Origin: the human T2T-CHM13v2.0 reference genome, Homo sapiens
Length of the DNA: 64,000 bases
NCBI RefSeq assembly: GCF_009914755.1
Contig: NC_060939.1
Strand: one strand, 5' to 3'
In this document: in pieces, positions 55,870-64,000 of the stretch
Layout of the letters: each line of letters starts with the position of its first letter
How positions within the stretch are numbered: position 1 is the stretch's first letter
The notes under the pieces: model-generated
What the model was told of the DNA's origin: nothing
The model's database searches: none
Seen by the model: the letters and a program-made list of their open reading frames with translations, nothing else
Made by a program: the position numbers and the translations under genes

Positions 55870-57790
55870 ATATTTCTCATTCACTCATTTAAAAGTTGCG
55901 GAGCATTTACTAATGCTGCCAATTCTGGTCCAGGCACTAGCCTTATGGGATTTGAAGTTAAATGGGAAAAACAGATATTAAGCAAGCAAGCAAACAAACA
56001 AAAACCACAGAGGAAATTATGTAATTATAAATTGTAGTATTCATTATGAAGAAATTTCAGCATGCTAACAGAGTTCTTCTCCATCCATCAAAGGTGATTG
56101 AGTTAGATTGATGAAGTGGGAGTGGAATATTTGGTGTAGCCTTCCCTAAAGAATTAACATTTCAACTGCCACTGGAAGGACAGATGAGCAGGAGTTATGC
56201 AGGTGAAGTGGAAGGGAGGCAATCCCAGAAGTGTGGACAGGGTGTACAAAGAATCTGAGGCAGGAAGGATCTTAACCTAAAACAAATTAAAAGCAGGGCA
56301 GTGTGGTGGGAGAGCAGTGGGTGAAAGACAGAATGGAAGGAGAGAAGGCTGGAGAGGTGGGCAGGGGCTGATCACACAGGGCCTAGGAGACCATGTTCAT
56401 GAGCTTGCATTCTGTTATAAGTTCTATGGGAAATGATTTGTTATTTTTGAAGAAGGAAGTGATAAAATGTGAATAATGTTTTAGAAATATGACTATGGTT
56501 GCTATATGAATTAATGGGTGGGGTGGAAGTAGGCGGCAAAAGTGGAAACAGGGAGAGCTACAAGAAAACTTTCAGAGTAGAGGAGAACGATGATAGTGGC
56601 TTGGCCTTAAGTGATAGCAATGCAGACAGAGTAAAGTGAACTTGCTTAGGGAGCTACCATGTGGATAGAGTTGCCATTTACTTGGGTGGGGAATACTAAG
56701 GGGGTATCTTTTTCTTGATGGGAGGGAGATGATCTCCAAACAGGTAAAGATCAGTTAGAGGATGGTAAGCCAGTCAAGAAGCTAAAGGAGCAATGGTGGA
56801 AAGATTGGAGGAACAGTCAAAGTGTAGGTGTATTATCCAGGGAAGCCAAGATCAAAGAGTGTCTCAAGGATAAGGGGGTGAGCAACTGTGTCTAAAGCAG
56901 CTAAAAATTGAGGAACATGAGAATCGAAAAAAACCTCCATTGGAGCTGGCAGTGTGGAAGTCATTGGTGACTTTTGTAACAAGTGTGTTTTGGGCACAGT
57001 GGTGGGTGCTGAAGGCAGGCTAATACAATGAAGATGGCAACTCTTTAGAGAAACTAATCTGTGAAGAATAGAGGGTGCAGTAACAGGAGGGGATGTGGAA
57101 TAAACAAAGGCATTTTTTAAAAAGATGGACATACCTCAGCATATTAGAATGCTTGGGAAAGGCTCTGGTAGAGAGGGAATGATTGATGATGTGGGAGAGA
57201 AAGACCTGAAGGGTTAAGTGCCTGAAACATCAGGCGGAATAGGATCTGATCACAAATGAGAGGATTAGCATTTGATAGTTTTCTACCAACCAATATGATA
57301 TAGAGACAACTTTTGAGGAGTGGCTAAAATATTTATGTACTTAAAGAGAGATAGGGCCTTGCGATTTCGTGTTCTGAATTTCTTCTCACATGCAGAGATT
57401 TAGAGTGCAATCAGAATAAGGCTGTTTAGCAGCCAAAATGGACCTATTTTTTAAGTGTTGCTTGCTTGTCTTTTCCCTTGCCATTGAACATAGCAATATA
57501 ATCCAGAGTTTGCATACAAAATATAAGGGAGTGTATGCCCCCATTGTTGGGGTAATGGAGGTTTTCATCATTCCCCTTGTCAACACACAGTATATACGTT
57601 GGGAAGGGAGGTTGAGAGTAGCGCTGATAGACTGGTAGGTTTGGTAAAGAAAAGATGAAGGAACTCCCTTCTGATGGCTTCTGTTCTCTCTGTGAAGTGC
57701 AAGTCGAGGTCATTAAGTTGGAGTGAGAAGACCAGATGAAGGAACTGACGATTTGAGGAGAAAGGAGAGGGTTTGACATAGACATTACAG
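55870..57790 (-). mobile_element. Long L2 LINE fragment(s)
   Basis: 'ctcattcactcattt...gagcatttacta...ccaggcact' and 'ggaagtcattggtgactttt'. Confidence 0.75.
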
Positions 57791-58381
57791 AGAGTGAGAG
57801 ACAGAGTTTACTTTTTTCGGGGTAAGAGTAATCAATTTAATTCTTCGCCATCAAATCTTCATATTTTCACTGATCCTTTCCTCTGTGTGCAGGAATTAAA
57901 TTTCTGTTGTTGTGCAGGTTGTCTGAGAGGAACTTCCTTCTCAAGTAATGTAGGACCCCTGGAAATGTGTCTATAGCTTCTCCAAAGCAGGCCCCTGGGT
58001 CTCAGCAATGAGTCTTCTTGGGCATTACAAGCGTCACTCATCATTTGCTCTTTTGTACTGCTCGGACCCTCACTCTACGGGTTTGTCTCATCTCTTCTGT
58101 GACGTGCTGCAGTGCACACTGCTTCTCAAAGGGTCATCTGAGGACTGGTGCCCACCTGCAAACTGTTTGTTACCCATCCTGACAGGATAAAGAACTGACA
58201 CCAGAACATAAATCAGCTATGTCACTAAGCATGCTGTTTAGCTGAGATTGTTTTCAGAGCAAGATTTTCCTCGATGAAGGAAGCAGCTCATGAATTTTCA
58301 TCATGATGCAAGCTCCTTTTCTATTGGAGACCACCTTAGCCAGTTCCCTGACAAGTTACTTCAAGTAGTGCTCCTCTAGTG

Positions 58382-58632
58382 CAGTGTTTTTTAAACCAAT
58401 AATCATGTGCTACTTGGATGTGAAATCAATTGAGTGCAATCAATTCTTTTGTTTTTAATGAAAGAGAATAGAAAAAGCAGTGGGCATTACATATAGTAAT
58501 TGTATGTGAAGTAATGGTAAACGTTTAATGAAACTTTTCTTTCAATCACATGTATACAGATGTGTGTATTGGGTCACTGTGGAAAATTATTTCTTGCTGT
58601 AGGTTGGGGCCCAAAACATTTGAGAAACACTA
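58382..58632. mobile_element. hAT-Charlie-type non-autonomous element
   Basis: TIR-like 'cagtgttttttaaac' and 'tttgagaaacacta'. Confidence 0.55.
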
Positions 58633-59061
58633 AGTATGTAGTATCTCCTATCTCAACCAATATCCCCTTGGGCCACCATGCTCTCCTTCCTCACTAGATG
58701 TTACTTGTCTGAAGCCATTTACTGTGCCTCCTTTCCAAAAACACATGTCCCATGCCAGACCCCAACACGAAGCACAACAGTGACATTTCACAGTTCACTT
58801 ATCTCTCACTAGAGAACAAGCAGAGTTTCTCATTTTCCTACAAAGCTGGGAAATTATTTTGATCTGTGTTTCTGCAGCAAAAATATGCCAAAAATAAGGT
58901 TGCATAAGATCAGTCAGCAGGGATGTTTCCAAGTCTCAAATTACAGTCTTAGAAGAGTTTGTAATATGAAATTCAAAGACATCTTTATCTGGCTCAGGAT
59001 CAGCAAGGCTTACCTTGCTATTCAGTGTCTAAACAGGGAGAATCCTGGTTTGGATGGGTAG

Positions 59062-59315
59062 AGGGCTGCTGATAGACAAACTCCAGGATTCTCAGTTACA
59101 TTTAAATTTCAGATTAACAGCAAATAAATTTTTGTGTGTAAGTATGTCCCATGCAATATTTGCAGTAATGAAGAATTCTTTGTTGTCTAATTAATATTTT
59201 TTAAAAGTAAAGTATGTCCCAAGTAATATTTGGAATAATAAAAAATTATTATTTATCTGAAATTTAAATTTAACAAGGCATCTTGAATATTTATTTGCTA
59301 AATCTGGAAACCCTA
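59062..59315. mobile_element. MER53 palindromic hAT MITE with internal partial duplication
   Basis: 'ttaaatttcagatta...taagtatgtcccatgcaatattt...tttatctgaaatttaaatttaac...tttgctaaatctggaaacccta'. Confidence 0.8.
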
Positions 59316-60325
59316 AAGGGATGGGAAGCTTACACAATTTGGGAGAGGAGTCCTCTTTAAGTAAGAGAATACCAAAATACCTTTCATTGAAAAATTTTCA
59401 AAAATATATAGCATTGTAAACACATCTTCTGGAAGAAGTGTTTAGACCTTGGAAGAGGCTATGAAAGTGAGGGGCTCTGACACTTCTGCTTCATGAGCTT
59501 GACGGTAAATTCACCTGCATCATGCCTCAATGCAAGGAGGAAATCTGTATGTCAGCCTAAGTATGGCAGATAGGGAACGACTTCTTCCCTTTTTGTTGGG
59601 GGAGGGTTTTTAATGCCTGTAGGAGCATCAAGTAGTGAAGGAGAGGAAGAGGTAATCCTCTTTCTCCTATCAGCTGAGGAAGGGAAGAAGGAAAAAGGAA
59701 AGAAGGGAAGAAGAACTGAGGAAAAGTGCTCTGCCCAAGAACCCCTCTGCTGTTGCAGGATCTCCTTTTGCATCTCCACTTCCACCACAGACCTTCTCCC
59801 ACTGTAAAAAGAAAGGCACACAGCTAACCATTGTCAACCCTAGCAAGGCCCATTGCTCTAGGGAGCAAAAACAGATTCAAACAAGAAACACATCATTCCT
59901 GAGATAGAGCCTGAAAGAAAGCCAAGAAAGGCTGGCTGAGGAATATTGAAGAAGGTGGCAGCTTCACGCCATCCTGGTGGCACACCGTTTTCTCTCGAAT
60001 TCTTTCTCTTTCTCACAATTGGGAAACAGACGGAGAAGATTGTCAAGAAGAAATGTATATTCAATAATTTATTTGAATTTTTTAAACTACTTTTACTCTG
60101 ACATAAAATAGTCCTGATTTCCATATTAGTTTGACAGTGAAGATTTGGTTTGTCAATTAGATTATATGGTGGATATTTTCAGTACATTGAATGTACTTAA
60201 TCTTTAGCTTCTAGGTTTTGATGAAAAGATCTTGAAAGCACATGCACCATATGCGGTATGACGGAAACCACATGCTTTGCAACTGGAAAGGTGCGTTCAA
60301 ACTTGTAAATTTAAAAGTTATAGGA

Positions 60326-60567
60326 GGCCAGGCTTGGTGGCTCAGGACTGTAATCCCAGCATTTTGGGAGGCCAGGCAGGCGGATCGCTTGAGCCCAGGA
60401 GTTGACACTAGCCTGGGCAGCATAGGAAGATCCTCAATCTCAAAAAAAAAAAAAAAAAAAAAATTAGCCAGGCATGGTGGTGCATGCCTGTAGACCTAGC
60501 TGCTCAGGAGGCTGAGGTAGGAGGACTGCTGAAAAAAAAAGAAAAAAAAAGAAAAGAAAAGAAAAAT
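60326..60567 (+). mobile_element. AluJ with right arm 3'-truncated but tailed
   Basis: Left arm, expanded A linker, ~65 nt of right arm, A tail; TSD AAGTTA(T/C)AGG. Confidence 0.9.
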
Positions 60568-61539
60568 AAGTTACAGGGATCAGGGGCATACAGTTTTTCA
60601 TCATTCTTTTGGTAGGTACATGAGGAAAACATCTTGACACCCTGCCTTAGGCTTTGTTGCCTGTTAGGATATTTCTGTTATTTTAAGGCTACCCTTATTG
60701 ATCATTTCAATAGCCTGATAAAGGGACTGGAGAGATGCCTCTTGGATGAGACATCTCTGAGGAGCATCTCAATTGTGACAAAAAGCATTTCTTCATAAGT
60801 GTTTGATTTTGATATTTAGAAGCAAGTTATGGAAGTAAAAGGATGCCAGCAATAGCTTCCCTCTCTCTAGGGGTAATGCCACTTAGTTGTGTATGTCAGG
60901 AGTTGCAGTAGTCCTGTGCCCAGGTGTTAGTCCTTTTCATTTCTTCTGACTGCATGATGAAGAGATTTAGAACAAAGATGTTATGTAACAGTAAAGGATT
61001 GTTTTGTTGAAGGGCTACTTGCTCCTTACCTGGTTGGTCTTACACCGAATGCACCCCTTTTCTGGCCCTAAGGCTGGGATTCCACCAGGAAAACAACATA
61101 TATCCACATCACATAGGGCACATTTCATTTCTAGTACTGCTGGATATCTACAGGATGCCACCTACACACGAAAACCTATGGGATATTTTATAAGTTTGAA
61201 GCCAGCATACTTTCTGAACCTCAAATACCAGCAGTCAATGAAACAGAAGGTTCTGTGTCCTTGTGTGCTCAGATAGTCACTGGGTTTTCATGAAGTTTCT
61301 CTGAACACTTATTGCCCTGGCTCTGCCTGATCTTGGTGAGGACACCAAAAGCACATTGATTATCAATGCCATTAAGGAATTCATTAGCAAAGGGTCAAGC
61401 TTAAAGTAAGAAGGTCCCAATATGGATTCTTGGCTAATATGACTCAAACGCAACTTTTGCAATTTCTCATCATTCAACATGTTCCTCCAACAGGATTCAG
61501 TCCTAATGAGTTATTGATGGAAGAGAAAAATCCTACTAC

Positions 61540-61730
61540 AGTGGAAAAAATGGGAGTTTTGGAGTCAGACAGGCTTTGGTTAAAACCTTGGTTATTAAAT
61601 ATCTTTGGATTTTAATTTTCTTCTTTTTAAAGAGAAAATGATTATCAGCATAGTTGTTCTGGGGGTTAGAGAAGTTATAAGTATTTGGTCTAGTGCTTGA
61701 TGCATAGCAGAGGATCAATAAATAACTGTT
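61540..61730 (+). mobile_element. MIR
   Basis: 'ttttggagtcagacagg...tagtgcttgatgcatag...tcaataaata'. Confidence 0.6.
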
Positions 61731-63311
61731 ACTACCCTTGTATTAATAATTATCATCAATATAACAATAACTATCATAAAAATAACCATAGATGAAATGT
61801 CAAGATTTGTTTAACCATGTTGAGAACTAGAAGAGAAGCATTATTGTGATAAGCAATAAAGAGAAATAAGATTATGGAGAAAGTCATACTGACTGATTTT
61901 CATTCCCCATTTTATTCTTTTTATTCCCCATTTCAACACGTATCACATTTACTGAGAAAAGAAACCATCATTCAAAAATAAAGCCCAGAGGGCCAATTAC
62001 CCAAGGAGAGCTCATGCCCAAATCATGTCTGGCCGGGGAAGAGAATAAAATTTTAACATGCATTCCCAGGGGCCAAAAGCTGATCTCTCCTCCTACCACT
62101 GGGTAAGATGATAAAGGTATGGAACAGCAGGTGAATGTGTATTTGTTCTCCAGGGGAAAGCGAGTCAAAAAGGAAGCAGAAACAGTCTACGAATGAAATT
62201 TCTCATTTCCCTTAGGGTGAGCTCAGAACTGGGCACATTCCTCATTGAACACTCACCTCTCATCGGGGATCAACATGTTCAGATGTGCCATACCCAGGAT
62301 GATTCATCGTGATCAAAGAAAACAATGTGATTGTGGTAAATCCCTTTATCAGTGTAGCTTATTATTACTACCAAGAACTTGAATTGATTCAAGCTACAGA
62401 CTTGAATAAACCTCATGATTTAGTAAAATAAACCTCACTGATTTTCCGAAGTCTCCAGTGAATTAAACCAAAGCAAAGTTGTCCATTCAGATCCCTGCCC
62501 CCACATAAATAAACTTGGTACACCATTTTGAATCTACCTTTTAACTTATTAAGGAAATCTAAAATCAGATCACTATATTTTCTAAAGGACATCCAAACAA
62601 AATTAACTTAAATTACTACAAAGATGTAGTAAATATATTGGTAGTCTCAGTGTGGTGCTGGTAAATGTTTAATACCTGGCTCACTGGGGAAAAAAGTATA
62701 TATTACACATATATACATATATATGTATATATAATTTTATATGCCATATATGGTATATATACTAATATATATTAGCATTTATATATAAGATATGAATTTA
62801 ACTGATACAAAGGACATGCAACATATAATTTATGAATAATAAAGTGTACAATACTTTTTATTATAAATTCCATAAAGCCAATTGACTCTACAGAATGCTT
62901 TTGTTGATTTTTTTCTGAACGCTTGTATCCATAACCATTCTGTGGCAGTAAACAAATGAGTGTGGTTCTGATCTGAATGTTGGTCAATATTTTTATTTAT
63001 GTTATTAAATACTATGAAAGTTAAATAAGGAAGACTTATGTCAAACCTTCACTCATTTGTCAATAATGTGAGCCATTGCTGGTTCAGATAATGACTTTTG
63101 AAAACTGGAAGAATAATTTTTGTGCCATTCACAATTTAATGGCTACAGGCACAATATACTTACATATTTTAATCTGCATTAGTAACATTTTCTCTATCAA
63201 TACCTTAAATCTAGACAATCAGCAAAACAATAAAGCAGGCCATGATTTGTATTATCTGACCATTTCCATGGTGTAAATATTTGCACTATAACTTTTTCAA
63301 AAGGCCAATGT

Positions 63312-63430
63312 AGACAGGAGAATTGCTTGAATCTGGGAGGCGAAGGTTGCGGTGAGCTGAGATCGCACCACTGCACTTCAGCCTTCCAATAGAGCGAGAC
63401 TCCATCTCAAAAAAAAAAAAAAAAAAAAAA
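63312..63430 (+). mobile_element. 5'-truncated AluS (right-arm 3' part)
   Basis: Poly-A of about 27; TSD AAAAGGCCAATGT at 63299-63311 and 63431-63443. Confidence 0.92.
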
Positions 63431-63639
63431 AAAAGGCCAATGTGATGTCACTGAACACAGAGTTGGAAGAGATGTGCAATAGCTGACTATTCTATAGTAT
63501 TTTCCAACACATATACACAACCATAAATAGCATCAAGAGCATAGATAATAGTATGTGTAAAAATCATTAGAAAGTGATGACTTTTGAGTGTTATCTTTAG
63601 CATACTTTATTGTAAGTATTTAATACAATTTAAATTTTC

Positions 63640-63848
63640 TTTTTTTTTTGTATTTTTGAGACAGGGTCTCAGCTCTGTCACCCTGGCTGGAGTGCAGTGG
63701 CGCATACTTGGCCAATTTGCAAATTTTCATGGAGATGAAGTCTCACTATATTGCCCAGGCTGGTTTCAAACTCCTTAGGCTCAAGCAATCTGTCCACCTC
63801 GGCCTTCCAAAGTGCTGGGATTACAGGTGTGGGCCACTGCGCCTAGCC
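63640..63848 (-). mobile_element. AluJ with internal right-arm deletion
   Basis: Jumps from 'gtgcagtggcgca' almost directly to the linker; TSD AATTTAA(A/G)TTTT. Confidence 0.85.
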
Positions 63849-64000
63849 TAATTTAAGTTTTGATGATGACTATGTTTATCTACCAGCATTAAAAATTTCT
63901 GAATTTAACAACAGGCACTTACAAGCCTGCACAAGAACTTCCAGAACACTGGCTGTTTACACAACCTTTGTTCCCCCTTCTTCCTTTTTTTTTTTTTTAA

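Larger units (their letters stand above)
62649..63951 (+). mobile_element. MER63-like hAT-Blackjack element hosting two Alus
   Basis: Starts 'agtgtggtgctggtaaatgtttaa.a.ctggctc' and ends 'aaatttctgaatttaacaa...ccagaacactgg'. Confidence 0.7.

Noticed and set aside
59968-59982. CTCF-like CCACCAGGATGGCG on the minus strand
   Set aside because: One extra base in the core breaks the zinc-finger spacing.

Overview
Primate genomic DNA, most likely human or great ape (AluY, L1PA4/5-like and MER41B elements present). It is AT-rich and CpG-depleted, with no CpG island, no intact protein-coding gene I can name, and no rRNA, tRNA or CRISPR. Much of the window is recognisable transposon sequence: Alus, a 2.7 kb 5'-inverted L1PA, old L1M/L2/MIR, solo LTRs (MLT2A1, LTR49-like, MER41B, MLT2D) and hAT MITEs. 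Nearly all ORF-track entries are repeat-derived or chance ORFs. The most interesting non-repeat signal is two convergent sets of exon-like segments bounded by splice sites. The minus-strand set (49832-49760, 49656-49510, 45980-~45340 with AATAAA) splices by hand into ~168 codons with one internal TGA. The plus-strand set (727-821, 1376-1429, 1552-1625, 2445-2532, 5995-) splices into ~110 codons, also with one internal TGA. Both are candidate unitary pseudogenes or spliced lncRNAs; I could not identify either protein. Repeat subfamily names come from remembered consensus sequences, and boundaries of old elements are approximate. All need RepeatMasker/Dfam confirmation.
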